DNA of 64,000 nucleotides. Source: Octopus sinensis (lineage: Eukaryota). Of this stretch, positions 38,752 through 49,634 are shown in pieces (position 1 is the stretch's first letter; each line of letters starts with the position of its first letter). The position numbers and the translations under genes are program-made. The notes beneath the pieces are model-generated. The model had not been told where the DNA came from, did not search any database, and saw nothing but the letters and a program-made list of their open reading frames with translations. The DNA lies in assembly GCF_006345805.1 (NCBI RefSeq), contig NC_043008.1:34658001-34722000 (forward strand), in the 5' to 3' direction.

Positions 38752-41700
38752 ATATATATATAATATATTATTATTATTAATATCAGGAAGAATTTTCTGA
38801 TATAAATAATAATAATGTATTATATAAAATATATGGCTGTGTGGTTGGGGAGCTTGCTTGCCAACTACATGGTTTCGGGTTCAGTCCCACTGCGTGGCAC
38901 TTTGGGTAGGTGTCTTCCGCTATAGCCCCGAGTCGACTGAAGCTTTGTGATTGAATTCGGTAGGTGGAAGTTACTGCCGTGTGTGTATGTGTGCATATAG
39001 CTGCTCAGTGCCTCTCTGAAAGAGAGAGAGGGGTATATAATTGCTCGTATTAAAAACATAAATACTTTAATACAATAGACCACTCAATATAAATTCAGTA
39101 TATAATATTCTCATTGAATATATTTAACTAAAGATTTATATATATAAAGAAGGCTCATGGCTCAGTGGTTAGAGCATCAGCCTCACAATTATGAGGTAGT
39201 GGGTTCGATTCCTAGACTGGGTAGTGTGTTGTGTTTTTGAGCAAACACTTTATTTCATGTTGCTCCAGTTCACTCAGTTGTAGTCCTGGTGCTAAGCTGT
39301 ATTGCCTTTCCCTTGGATAACCTCAATGGAGAAGGGTGACTGGTATGCATGGGTGACTGCTGGTCTTCCATTAACAACCTTGCCTAGATTTGTACCTCTA
39401 TGGATAACTTTCTAGGTGCAATCCCATGGTCATTCATGACTGAAGGAGGTCTTTACTTTATACATACATACATATATATATACGTACATGAAAAAAGGTA
39501 TCAAATGAAATAAGCATACCCCCTGACAGTGCATTAATAATGTATGATTTATTTATTTGTTTTCAGAGTTTCTGAAATTGAATCCCAACTGTCTTCACTT
39601 CAAGAGAAACAGCAAAAAGGGTCACAAGCACTCAAATTCCGAGTAATTATCCTTAATTTTGATTATTTGCAATTTACTATTCTTATTTGTTCCAAGGATT
39701 TTTGGTTTGGTAGAAATTAGTCTTGTAATGCCCTTTCCCATAGTCACTGGGCTCATTTTTATTTAACAAACATAATCATGTTTTGTCCTTTTAATTTTTT
39801 TCTCTTTGTTTCCTTATTTTCATATTTTTTCTTTCTTAGTTTTCTCTTCCCCATTTTAAGAATATTTTAGTGTAACTACCTGTATATTGCACCCTTTATT
39901 GCTGTTGCCACCTATATCTTGCACCCATCTTGATTACATACTCTGGATTTTAACTTGAGTTAGTGCTTATGCTCTCATAAGCTCTTTCAGAACATATTCA
40001 GAATTGTGTATGTACATACCCGTACAGCACTTGATTGACTGGAATTTAAATGCTTGACCTCTGTTTAATAGAAAATGGTTTTGGTGTTGCATGATCTATT
40101 CACATCTACTCATTGGTGTTTCTACTCAGACAGCTTTCTTCGGGTGTGCTTGATATGTTGTTGTTGTTTTTTGTTTTTTCATGTTTGAGGTACAGTTTTA
40201 ACTGAAGGGTGTATCTGATAAATAAACTGCTATATCCATAGTTGTAGGACAGAATGATTATCTACAAAGTTGAGAAAAATGTTAGTGACGTTGTATTTGC
40301 CATTGAGTATGGAAAATTCGATGATGCATAGAATGTGTAACTTCAACATGAATGTGAGGCAGAGTACAAGTGTGCTGAGGGAGCAGTTGGGCATAACTCT
40401 CTCCATGCAAGAAGTAGAATGTATGAAGTATATGTAAGTATGGTGCCTTGTGGTAGCAAGACATGAGTACTGAATATGGAAGAATTTTCAGATATACTTT
40501 GAACGAATAGATGAACCAGTATCATAATGAAAGACCAACAAGAAAACAATATTTGCAATGAACTGGTTGATCTGACCTGTACACTTGATGAATGCAGTAT
40601 GAACAGGCTTTTTTCTTATCAAAAGGGTGCTTATTTTTGTTTTCTTTACTTCTTACTGTGATCAGTTCTCTGCATTGATTATGAAACCAAAATCAATTCA
40701 ATCAAAATGAAATCTTACCATGAACTTCCATATTTGCTTGAATACATTACAGTCTTGAATATATGACCACCACCTCCAATTTTTCTGCCTAAAACTCAAT
40801 AATATATATTTTCTTCTTTATATATATTATCCTCATTTTTCACACTCAAGTATTATGCAGTCCCCACCAATATTGACTCAGATGTTTTGTTATTAAATTT
40901 CTCAGATTTTGCATTAGTAAATATGAATTCTGCTAATATTTTTCATGTAAATTCTGTTAGATACTATAAGCACCAGTTTGAGATAGAAAAGAACAGCAAG
41001 CTCACTGACAGCTTGACCCATGTTTATATCACTTACAAAGAGTGATATAAACATGTTTATATCACCAATCACACTACAGTGTGCCCAGTAAGTCTTATCA
41101 GTGGACCTGCTGGTATCTTCTGTGACAAATTGCTGTTAATAAAATCTAATGTCATTTAGAAAATCTTTTCTCTGTAATCTATACATTTGTTACATAATGA
41201 TTTCTCTAATTGTTCTTTCAGAAACTATATATTTATTGATGTTTTAATTTTTTTTTTTTTCTGTCATTTCATTTTTAGGTAGAAAACCTCTTTTGTCTTG
41301 GTTCTCCTTTGGCTGTGTTTCTAACTCTCCGTGGTGTTCCTCTTCATGGCTGTGATAACAATGGACAACCAAACGTCATTCCATCACATTTGTGTCATAG
41401 ACTCTTCAACATTTACCATCCAGCCGACCCAATTGTAAGGAAGCTTATTCTGCATAAATTTCACAGTTCAAATTTTTATTCATATTGGGTTCACTTTCAA
41501 ATATTAGTTATAGAATTTGTTCAACAGGGACACAATATGATGACTTCTGTCATTACACAGACCCATTAAAGACTTTAAAATGTGCACAAGTTAATTAGCC
41601 ATTTATTAATTGTATGGTGACCATACAGAATTAGAGAAAGTTGAATTGCTTGCTTATAAACAACAGAGTAGTATACATTCTAGATTACAAACCATAGTGC

Positions 41701-44700
41701 TGTTAATCTTACATCATTAACTTGGCTACCTCTCCCTTATTCTTTCACTTCTTCTCTCCCTCCTTTCTGTATTCCCTTCTTTCTGTCTGTCTGTCTCTTC
41801 CTTTTGTACCTAAACCATGTTCTGTTCTCTCTCCTTCATCTGAAGACCATTGAAAACCCCATCTTTTCTCCTCTCCCATCACTTTTGAGATAACGATTTA
41901 AGGAGATGCAAATATACACATACATATACAACAGGATTGAACATGGAACACTTAGATTGAAAGTAAACTCCTTAATTACACAGCTGCTCATACTGAATTT
42001 GTTAGCAAGTTCTTAAATTTACTAGTTTCTAATAACCAAATTGCTATATAAAGAAAAGTAACCATTTGTTGTAGAATCCATATTAATTGTTAGGGTATGT
42101 GAGGATCTACTGGTATGAAACTATCTGTTGTAAATCTTAATGTTAAACCCTTTTGCATTCTCATTATTCTGTCAAATGTATTGCTTATTTGTTCACATTG
42201 TTTTGAACTATTCATGCATTATCTCGTAGCTTCAAAATTTCAATGATATGACTGTTTACTTTTACAATGATATTGTGGTGTATGTGTGAGAGGCTGTATC
42301 TGGCCAGTTTGAATATAAAACAGGTAAAATATTTGGGCCAGATGTGGCCTGTCTAAATGCTAAAGAGTTAAAAGATGTTACACACACAGCTATCAACAGG
42401 GAGGATAATTATGATAACTTTTAAATAATCAATTCAAGACGTGTGTAAATTAGAGCATAGCATTTTCAATTAAATTATCAATCTATTTTTAGGCCTATCG
42501 CATTGAACCCTTAATCTACAAACATTATGCATCTATTTTACCTGTCGACATCCAACGGTTTGATGCCCCATTAAAGAGACCCTATTCAGAGTGTTCAGGA
42601 AGAGGGAGTACTTCTGATACTCTTGTTGATTCAAGTAGTGAACACAGTATTGCAAGCATTCCTGAATCTTCCACAGAAACTGAAGCAGAATCCTCATCCT
42701 TACCCAAAACCATTGGATATTCTTTGGGTAGGTTGATTTTTAGATTTAAGATTCATCTTTTCAAGTGCTGTCATTTTCTGTTTTTGGAATTTCTAGCTAT
42801 CATTCACTCTTACACCCTTTTCTTTCTGCAGGAAACATGTTCTTAACTTTAATTAAAAAGTCACCTTCAGATTTATTAACTCGCGAGCTTAAAAAAATGG
42901 AGACGGAAGCAAGACAGTTAGAAGAAATGAACCCAACTCCAATGCCGAGTTGTTCTGTACATAATGCCCCAGGTATGTGCTTTATTATTTTTTTTTTACT
43001 TTACATTATTCCTAATAGACATATAGATATGCTCCAGCATTTCAATGGCAGTGCTCCAGCATGGCCACAGTCATTGGACTGAAACATATAAAAGAATAAA
43101 AGAATACCATTAATACAATCACTTAATCTATTTTTTTCTGTATCAAATTAAATTGGTAATCAACTTGATGTAATCCATATGAAATAATAATAAAATGATA
43201 CTGTGTTTACAGAATTCAAAGAAAACAAGTTTCAAATTCATTGTAGATATTGAATATTTCTGCAGAGCATATTGTTATTGACTATGTACTTGCAGAAATA
43301 TAAAATCAACAAAACTTTTTGCATAGCTGATAGCTATATGTGAGCTATGGGGCAGTGCCTGGCTTAGTCGCCTCCCAATGTGTCAGATTGTTATAAAACT
43401 AAACAATGGTATCATCTGAGTTGGTGTAGCTCTTCATATGGGCTCAGACATTTCAGTGCTGGGAAATGCTGCTAATATGTTAAAATATACAATGTAATCA
43501 ACTGATAACTTAGCCCCTGAGGGCATATTAGTGATCTTGTTGTTGTTGTTGTTGTTAAGCAACAAGACGGGTAAGGGTGATTAGGTGATGGTCTAGGGCT
43601 TAGGGGCGGGAGACCCCAGACCTTAGGAAAAAAAGAAAAAAAACTTTGTCTTGTTGAAGTCGAGGGCTCTTCGTTTACGCCCAACACCACTGGGAAGTGG
43701 CCCTCGAAGTCGCTGGAAATAGGGATCTCCAGGCCCAAATTCTTGAACGGCTATTAGTGATCTTGGAACCTACAAGATCAGAGTGTGGTGATAGCAAACA
43801 CCCAGACAAAATGACCTAATTTTCATATGCATTGCTCATTGCTTTGAGACAATATCATCACTGATAAATTCAATGACAGATCTCAAAGTCTGCAGTCTAC
43901 TCATTGACTTTTGTGATGAGAGGCCGAAAAAGCTTCATTGATAAAAACAATTATCAAAACAACTAGTGTCATTGATGAAGGTTTTTATCAATACCATCAG
44001 AGTATAATTAGAATTTGGAGTGTCAAGTGAAGCAGTCACTACTTCATGGCAGGAGTAAATAGGATGACAATTCGCTGTTGGATTGAGAGAGAATAAACAC
44101 AAATTATAGGAAAATAATTGAGAAATTCTAATTCTGGTTTCTATATCAGCTGTTCTAATCCATTTGTTTACATGGTTTGAATAATAGAAAGTTTTTTGGG
44201 GTTTTTTTGTTTTTTTAAGTATTTGGCTTTTTCTGTCCTTCTGCACTGTCACAATTTTATGTTTAATTTATCCATCATTTTCTATAGAATTATATTATAA
44301 TTTGTGCATACATGTAGCTGTGTGGTAAGAGAGGTACAGGTTTGGCTGTGTGGTAAGCAGTTTGCTTCCAAAGTACATAGTTCCAGGTTTGGTGTCTTCT
44401 ATTATAGCCATGGAGTAATCAAAGCCTTGTGAGCGAATTTAGTAGACAGAAACTGAAAGAAGCCCAAAAAATGTGTTTCTCTTCACATCTGTTTGCTCCC
44501 ATCCACCTCCACCCAACCACTGCTTGACAACCAGTGCTGGTCTGTATACGTCCCTGTAACTTAGTGGGTCATCAAAAGACACCAATAGAATAAGACATTA
44601 TAAATAAGTACTGGGATCAATTCATTTGACCAAAATCTTTCAAGGCACTGCCCAATGACTGAAGCAAAAACAAAACAAAAAAAATTTTTTAATCCTTTTT

Positions 44701-44868
44701 TTCTTTTCCTTTACAGTTCTGGAATATCGTATGGATTTTCAATTGAAAGAAAGCAGTTTTGAGAATAGTTACATATCTGCACTAACTTCACATACTGCCT
44801 ATTGGTCAAACCAAGATGTAGCTTTTTTCATTCTAACCCATGTCTTTCCTAACATTCAAACATGTTAG
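8184..44868 (+). CDS. DDHD1: Phospholipase DDHD1 (PA-preferring phospholipase A1) homologue, complete 14-exon CDS, 767 aa
   Basis: join(8184..8811,11355..11522,15095..15223,17350..17488,20161..20276,21758..21864,24000..24111,28682..28758,36377..36444,39567..39642,41279..41434,42493..42727,42832..42972,44717..44868) = 2304 nt with one open frame, consistent splice phases and all GT-AG introns. The translation follows recalled DDHD1 motifs in order: [122 protein letters not shown]. Confidence 0.96.
11355..11522 (+). CDS. DDHD1: DDHD1 exon 2 ([22 protein letters not shown]...)
   Basis: Acceptor ttttctttttgtAG|, donor caag|GTTAGC, 168 nt. Confidence 0.95.
11706..12040 (+). mobile_element. tRNA-derived SINE family C
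   Basis: Head ggcgcatagctcagtggttagagcgtc...gagttcgaatccc has A and B boxes. A second, decayed copy lies at about 39150-39455; related heads at about 291-550(+) and 16606-16870(-). Confidence 0.75.
13412..13750 (+). mobile_element. SINE family A copy, intron 2
   Basis: Colinear with 2944-3330. Confidence 0.85.
13839..14058. mobile_element. piggyBac-type MITE (TTAA TSD) nested in a SINE B copy
   Basis: ttaa|ccctttcgttac ... gtaacgaaaggg|ttaa, with SINE B sequence resuming on both sides. Confidence 0.85.
15095..15223 (+). CDS. DDHD1: DDHD1 exon 3 ([42 protein letters not shown])
   Basis: Acceptor ttgttacAG|, donor aaga|GTAAGT, 129 nt. Confidence 0.95.
17350..17488 (+). CDS. DDHD1: DDHD1 exon 4 (GTKLCRGY...[15 protein letters not shown])
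   Basis: Acceptor tttctacAG|, donor aatga|GTAGGT, 139 nt. Confidence 0.96.
18062..18276. mobile_element. Mariner-type MITE, TA TSD
   Basis: ta|cgagggggtgctgaaaagttcctggcttt ... aaagccaggacctttccagcaccctcccg|ta. Confidence 0.85.
20161..20276 (+). CDS. DDHD1: DDHD1 exon 5 ([10 protein letters not shown]...[17 protein letters not shown])
   Basis: Acceptor ctgattacAG|, donor ggtg|GTAGGT, 116 nt. Confidence 0.95.
20905..21655 (-). mobile_element. Candidate non-autonomous Helitron, intron 5
   Basis: Minus strand reads A|TCTATATACAC ... TGACC-CAACA-GGTCA hairpin, 12 nt, ending CTAG|T. Three internal diverged repeats gagtattttcctattatgc. Confidence 0.55.
21758..21864 (+). CDS. DDHD1: DDHD1 exon 6 ([36 protein letters not shown])
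   Basis: Acceptor ttattatcAG|, donor agag|GTAAGT, 107 nt. Confidence 0.96.
21995..22880 (-). mobile_element. Degenerate LINE reverse-transcriptase fragment, intron 6
   Basis: Broken-frame motifs [28 protein letters not shown] (decayed YADD) and [10 protein letters not shown], with many stops and frameshifts. Confidence 0.8.
23502..23819 (-). mobile_element. SINE family A copy, antisense, intron 6
   Basis: Reverse complement of family A, nested inside a TTAA-type MITE. Confidence 0.85.
24000..24111 (+). CDS. DDHD1: DDHD1 exon 7 ([21 protein letters not shown]...[10 protein letters not shown]; carries the catalytic Ser)
   Basis: Acceptor ttatttcAG|, donor ttgg|GTAAGT. AHSLG corresponds to the family's SHSLG lipase motif. 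Confidence 0.96.
28682..28758 (+). CDS. DDHD1: DDHD1 exon 8 ([25 protein letters not shown])
   Basis: Acceptor ggcccctAG|, donor aatc|GTAAGT, 77 nt. Confidence 0.95.
29185..30041 (-). mobile_element. Internally deleted Tc1/mariner transposon, intron 8
   Basis: TIRs of about 27 bp (agtgtttcaaaaaatttgatatcattt / aaatgatatcaaattttttgaaacact). The minus frame encodes [22 protein letters not shown]...[37 protein letters not shown], an N-terminal HTH plus the first catalytic-Asp region of a transposase, then truncates. Confidence 0.88.
30091..30512. repeat. Tandem duplication of a 191-bp unit bounded by (TA)n tracts
   Basis: 30091-30281 and 30322-30512 read identical. Confidence 0.9.
34860..35610. 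repeat. Tandem duplication (about 380 bp) of microsatellite plus SINE A 5' half, bounded by (GT)n
   Basis: The non-microsatellite portions of the two copies read identical. Confidence 0.9.
36377..36444 (+). CDS. DDHD1: DDHD1 exon 9 ([22 protein letters not shown])
   Basis: Acceptor aacatttAG|, donor gcaag|GTATGG. Phases 0 and 2 fit exons 8 and 10; homology is weaker (HLL motif). Confidence 0.8.
38061..38171 (+). pseudogene. Dispersed 5S rRNA pseudogene (5' about 7 nt lost) in DDHD1 intron 9
   Basis: gccatatcactttgaaaacactggttctcgtccaatcaccgaagttaagcaacgtcaagcttagttagtactttgatgggtaaccgcttgggaaacctaggtgctgtaaac aligns end to end with recalled invertebrate 5S rRNA and is followed by TTTT. About a dozen substitutions, many of them CpG transitions. 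Confidence 0.9.
38240..38480 (+). repeat. Interrupted (CA)n microsatellite
   Basis: Seen directly. Other simple repeats lie at about 199-268 (ATT), 57594-57732 (CT), 58452-58502 (ATT), 60251-60330 (CT/CTAT), 61730-61902 (TACA) and 62190-62300 (TA). Confidence 0.95.
39567..39642 (+). CDS. DDHD1: DDHD1 exon 10 ([25 protein letters not shown])
   Basis: Acceptor ttgttttcAG|, donor ccga|GTAATT. ALKF precedes VENLF as in recalled DDHD1. Confidence 0.9.
40330..40520 (+). mobile_element. Very degenerate LINE RT C-terminal fragment
   Basis: Reads ..[21 protein letters not shown].., reminiscent of RLY..CVR..MLYGSETW. Weak. Confidence 0.35.
41279..41434 (+). CDS. DDHD1: DDHD1 exon 11 ([19 protein letters not shown]...[11 protein letters not shown]; start of DDHD domain)
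   Basis: Acceptor catttttAG|, donor aatt|GTAAGG, 156 nt. Confidence 0.96.
42493..42727 (+). CDS. DDHD1: DDHD1 exon 12 ([17 protein letters not shown]... then a Ser/Glu-rich linker)
   Basis: Acceptor tatttttAG|, donor ttgg|GTAGGT, 235 nt. Confidence 0.93.
42832..42972 (+). CDS. DDHD1: DDHD1 exon 13 ([46 protein letters not shown]), symmetric phase 1-1
   Basis: Acceptor ttctttctgcAG|, donor ccag|GTATGT, open and in frame. No recognisable homology, so support comes from splice signals only. Confidence 0.75.
43540..43751 (-). mobile_element. Young 212-bp retroposed insertion with (AAC)n tail and 14-bp TSD, intron 13
   Basis: Perfect direct repeat tattagtgatcttg at 43526-43539 and 43752-43765. 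The insert is GC- and CpG-rich and has (ttg)n at its plus-strand left end. Confidence 0.8.
44717..44868 (+). CDS. DDHD1: DDHD1 terminal exon ([49 protein letters not shown])
   Basis: Acceptor cctttacAG|, stop TAG at 44866-44868. Confidence 0.96.
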
Positions 44869-45236
44869 TATAACGAAAATAATAAACATCAAGAACAATT
44901 TTTTTTGTATTTTTTTTTAAAATTAATTACAAGAATTGTGAATATGTACTAATTGTGTCATTGCCATTTTTTTATATAATTTTTTACTTTGAATATTCTG
45001 TTCAAAATTTTATTGTTTTTGTATGTTTCTATAAAAAGTTTTTTTTAATATTATTATTAGTGCTTGTTCACTGCTGTAAAAGAAAGAAAAGTGACAGCTA
45101 TAATGTTTGCAATAAATAAAAAATGATGAACATAAAAATTTATGTAGCCACAAGATAATGTTTTGAAATTTTAAGCTTTGACTATAGTCAATATTTGAGA
45201 AGGGTTTTAAACCTTTATAAGGCCAGCATTAATAAA
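44869..45236 (+). terminator. DDHD1 3' UTR with candidate polyadenylation signals
   Basis: AATAAA at 44881, 45111 and 45231 within U-rich sequence. Which signal is used is unknown. Confidence 0.5.
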
Positions 45237-45237
45237 T

Positions 45238-47535
45238 CATCATCATCATCATCATCATTTAGCGTCCGTTCTCCATGCTAGCATGGGTTGGACGGTTCAA
45301 CTGGGGTCTGGGGAGCCCGAAGGCTGCACCAGGCCAGTCAGATCTGGCAGTGTTTCTACAGCTGGATGCCCTTCCTAACGCCAACCACTCCGAGAGTGTA
45401 GTGGGTGATTTTATGTGCCACCGACACAGGTGCCAGACGAGGCTGGCGAACGGCCACGCTCGGATGGTGTTTTTATGTGCCACCGACACAGGTGCCAGAC
45501 GAGGCTGGCAGACGGCCACGCTCGGATGGTGTTTTTATGTGCCACCACCGACACAGGTGCCAGATGAGGCTGGCAGGTGCCAGACGAGGCTGGCAGACGG
45601 CCACGCTCGGATGGTGTTTTTATGTGCCACCAACACAGGTGCCAGATGAGGCTGGCGGACGGCCACGATCGGATGGTGTTTGTTACGTCCCCAAAGCACG
45701 GAGGCCAGTCTATGCGGTACTGGCTACGGCCACGTTCGGATGATTTTCTTGTGTGCCACCGGCACTGGTACCACAAAGATACAAATTCCATTTATGTTCA
45801 TCTATTTTGATTTGTTTTGATTTGATTTGATTTGATTTTCACTTGCCTCAACAGGTCTTCACAAGTGTCACTTGCCTCAACAGGTCTTCACAAGTGTCAC
45901 AAGAAGGAAGGTATGCACAGGTGGACTGTCTGCGTCGCCGGGTCTTCGGATGGTGTCTTTATGTGCCACCGACACAGGTGCCAGATGTGGCTGGCGAACG
46001 GCCACGATCGGATGGTTTTCTTGTGTGCCACCGGTACTGGAACCACAAAGATACAAATTCCATTGATGTTCATCTATTTTGATTTGGTTTGATTTTCACT
46101 TGCCTCAACAGGTCTTCACAAGTGTCACGCGTGTCACACACTTGCCTCTGCCTCAACAGGTCTTCACAAAGTGTCACACACTTGCCTCTGCCTCAACAGG
46201 TCTTCACAAGTGTCATAAGAGGGAAGGTATGCACAGGTGGACTGACTACGTCGCCGGGTCTTTGGATGGTGTTTTTATGTGCCACCGACACAGGTGCCAG
46301 GTGAGGCTGGCGAACGGCCACGATCAGATGGTGTTTGTTGTGCCCACAGCACGGAGGCCAGTCGATGCGGTACCAGCTACGGCCACTTCGGATGGTTTTC
46401 TTGTGTGCCACCGGTACTGGAACCACAAAGATACAAATTCCATTGATATTCATCTATTTTGATTTGGTTTGATTTTCACTTGCCTCAACAGGTCTTCACA
46501 AGTGTCACACACTTGCCTCAACAGGTCTTCACAAGTGTCATAAGAGGGAAGGTATGCACAGGTGGACTGACTACGTCGCCGGGTCTTCGGATGGTGTCTT
46601 TATGTGCCACCGGCACAGGTGCCAGATGAGGCTGGCGAACGGCCACGATCGGATGGTATGGTGTTTTTATGTGCCACCGACACAGGTGCCAGATGAGGCT
46701 GGCAGGTGCCAGACGAGGCTGGCAGACGGCCACGCTCGGATGGTGTTTTTATGTGCCACCGACACAGGTGCCAGATGAGGCTGGCGGACGGCCACGATCG
46801 GATGGTGTTTGTTACGTCCCCAAAGCACGGAGGCCAGTCTATGCGGTACTGGCTACGGCCACGTTCGGATGATTTTCTTGTGTGCCACCGGCACTGGTAC
46901 CACAAAGATACAAATTCCATTTATGTTCATCTATTTTGATTTGTTTTGATTTGATTTGATTTTCACTTGCCTCAACAGGTCTTCACAAGTGTCACTTGCC
47001 TCAACAGGTCTTCACAAGTGTCACAAGAAGGAAGGTATGCACAGGTGGACTGTCTGCGTCGCCGGGTCTTCGGATAGTGTCTTTATGTGCCACCGACACA
47101 GGTGCCAGATGTGGCTGGCAAACGGCCACGATCGGATGGTTTTCTTGTGTGCCACCGGTACTGGAACCACAAAGATACAAATTCCATTGATGTTCATCTA
47201 TTTTGATTTGGTTTGATTTTCACTTGCCTCAACAGGTCTTCACAAGTGTCACGCGTGTCACACACTTGCCTCTGCCTCAACAGGTCTTCACAAAGTGTCA
47301 CACACTTGCCTCTGCCTCAACAGGTCTTCACAAGTGTCATAAGGGGGAAGGTATGCACAGGTGGACTGACTACGTCGCCGGGTCTTTGGATGGTGTTTTT
47401 ATGTGCCACCGACACAGGTGCCAGGTGAGGCTGGCGAACGGCCACGATCAGATGGTGTTTGTTGTGCCCACAGCACGGAGGCCAGTCGATGCGGTACCAG
47501 CTACGGCCACTTCGGATGGTTTTCTTGTGTGCCAC
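45238..47535. repeat. TE-derived nested tandem array (about 60-bp and 28-bp subunits, about 270-480-bp monomers, about 1.13-kb higher-order duplication)
   Basis: Marker aaagatacaaattcc at about 45775, 46048, 46428, 46905 and 47172. Identical ORF-track peptides are offset by 1124-1129 bp. Confidence 0.9.
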
Positions 47536-48954
47536 ATGTTTATATTTATATACATGAATATTTTTTTTAGTCTCTTGCACATACACATGTAAACCATTTT
47601 GTATTTACAGAGAAAATATTTGTATGTGTGTAGTTACTGTTTGGAGGATATCTAATTCAAAAGACTTCTTCAATTCTGACTACACTCTTCAACAAACATT
47701 GGTTCACAGAAGACATTTAATCTTTGTCATTTATTCATTTATTCAATATAACATTTTCTTTAAGAAAGAAATTAAACGTCATTCCTTTTGTGAAGAAATC
47801 AAACATTTTGATTATTTTTGGTGTTGTTAGACTTGTTCCTTAAATGTAAGAATTCTTTATTGTTGGTGGACTTATGGCAAACACGGTGGTAAATTCTCTG
47901 CAAACAGTTCACTGGCTGTAATTCCCAGTTGGAACACCTTTATTTGTACTATTGATGTCCTCAGGAAAGCCTTGAACATCAGAGGAACTCACTTTACCTG
48001 CTCTTAAAATCTATTGTTGCCATAACTATGTTAGAAACCATAATTTGTAATAGAGATTGTGAGGGTGCTGTCATTATATATAAAAAAAAAGTTTATTCCG
48101 GATATAATTCTTTAATCCAGTAATCCTCTGTCTTTTTTGCACCTTAAACCCATTTCATGCATGACAATTTTCCCATGGACCAGGATATCATGTGCATAAT
48201 ATGTAATTTAATTATTGTATATAATACATATATATTACATATACATTGCATCATCATCGTTTAATGTCCAGTTTCTATGCTAGCATGGGTTGGACGATTT
48301 GACTGAGGTCTGGCGAACCAGATGGCTGCACCAGACTCCAATCTAATCTGGCAGAGTTTCTACAGCTGAATGCCCTTCCTAACGTCAACCACTCCGAGAG
48401 TGTAGTGGGTGCTTTTATGTGCCGTATATATATATATTATGCAAAAGCACCCTGCTGTCTTTGATAGTCAGTAAAATAAAAATTTATTCTTTCTGTGTAG
48501 CCCAGTATCAAATGATCTGCATAGTTGGGGATCCTTGCTTTAATCAATTTCTATGGTGCTTATAATGTCAGTAGCCATAGCTGGTATGATATTGAAAGAT
48601 ATGAAGCTAATTATTTCTCTAGATAAGTAGCTCTTATAACACATGTCTGTTAGCCATAAACATGATCATAAAGGGAGAAATATCTCGCCTTTTTAGAATT
48701 TGTATTCTAATTTGATATTCTAATAGCAATGCAAATCACATGAAGAACTGAGTGAGTTAACTTCCACATCCAATATCAGTAAATTGAGTAACAATAACAC
48801 ACAGTGGTTTGTTTTATTTAGCTGTACTTCTCTTTCTCCCTCTTCAAAATTGGCCTGGTGCCTAGCCCAAAGATTTAAATATAAGGAAAGTGGAGTTAGC
48901 CAATTGGCAGAGAACCAGAACCATTATTATGAAATGCAAAAACATTATTATTTT

Positions 48955-49590
48955 GGTGGCAAGCTGGCAGAATTGTTAGCAAGTGAGACAAAATGCTTGT
49001 TGGCATTTCTTCCAGCTCTTTACACTGTGTATCCAAATACTGTCGAGGTCAACTTTGCCTTTCATCTTTTTGGGGTCAATAAAATAAACTATCTGTCAAG
49101 TAATGGGAGTTGCTGTAACTGACTATATCCTTCCACTAAAATTGCTGACCTTGTGTCAGAATTTGAAACAATTATTAAGGCAGTGAGCTGGCAGAATCAT
49201 TAACACAGCTGTTAAAATGTCTCACAGCATTTCTCATGACCCTTTATGTTTTGAAGTTCAAATCCCACTGTGGTTGACTTTACTTTTCATTCTTTTGAGG
49301 GCAATAAAGTCAGGTACTAGTCAAGTACTGGGGCTGATGTAATCAGATGGCACCTCCTCTTTAAACTGCTGGCCTTGTGCTAAAATTAGAAACCATCATC
49401 ATCACTATGATGGATTGGCAATATAATTAGTATAAGAAAAAATGTTTTGCAACATTTAGTTACGGTCCTTTACATGCTAAGTTCACATCCAGCTAAAGTC
49501 AACTCTGCCTTTCATTCTTCCTGGGGTGATAAAGCACTGAGATTGAGCTAACTGCCTACACTCCTCCTTCAAATTCATAACCTTATGTCT
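48955..49590 (+). mobile_element. Three tandem SINE family B copies
   Basis: The gagctggcagaat... head motif recurs at about 48960, 49180 and 49405. Confidence 0.7.
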
Positions 49591-49634
49591 GTTAGAAGAT
49601 CAGTGTTGTCTTATATAAGCTTCATGACTTTATA

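Noticed and set aside
45259-47592. Repeated Cys/His-rich ORFs and a superficial CRISPR-like periodicity
   Set aside because: The units are tandem with no unique spacers, no cas genes are present, the context is eukaryotic, and the frames are broken by stops.
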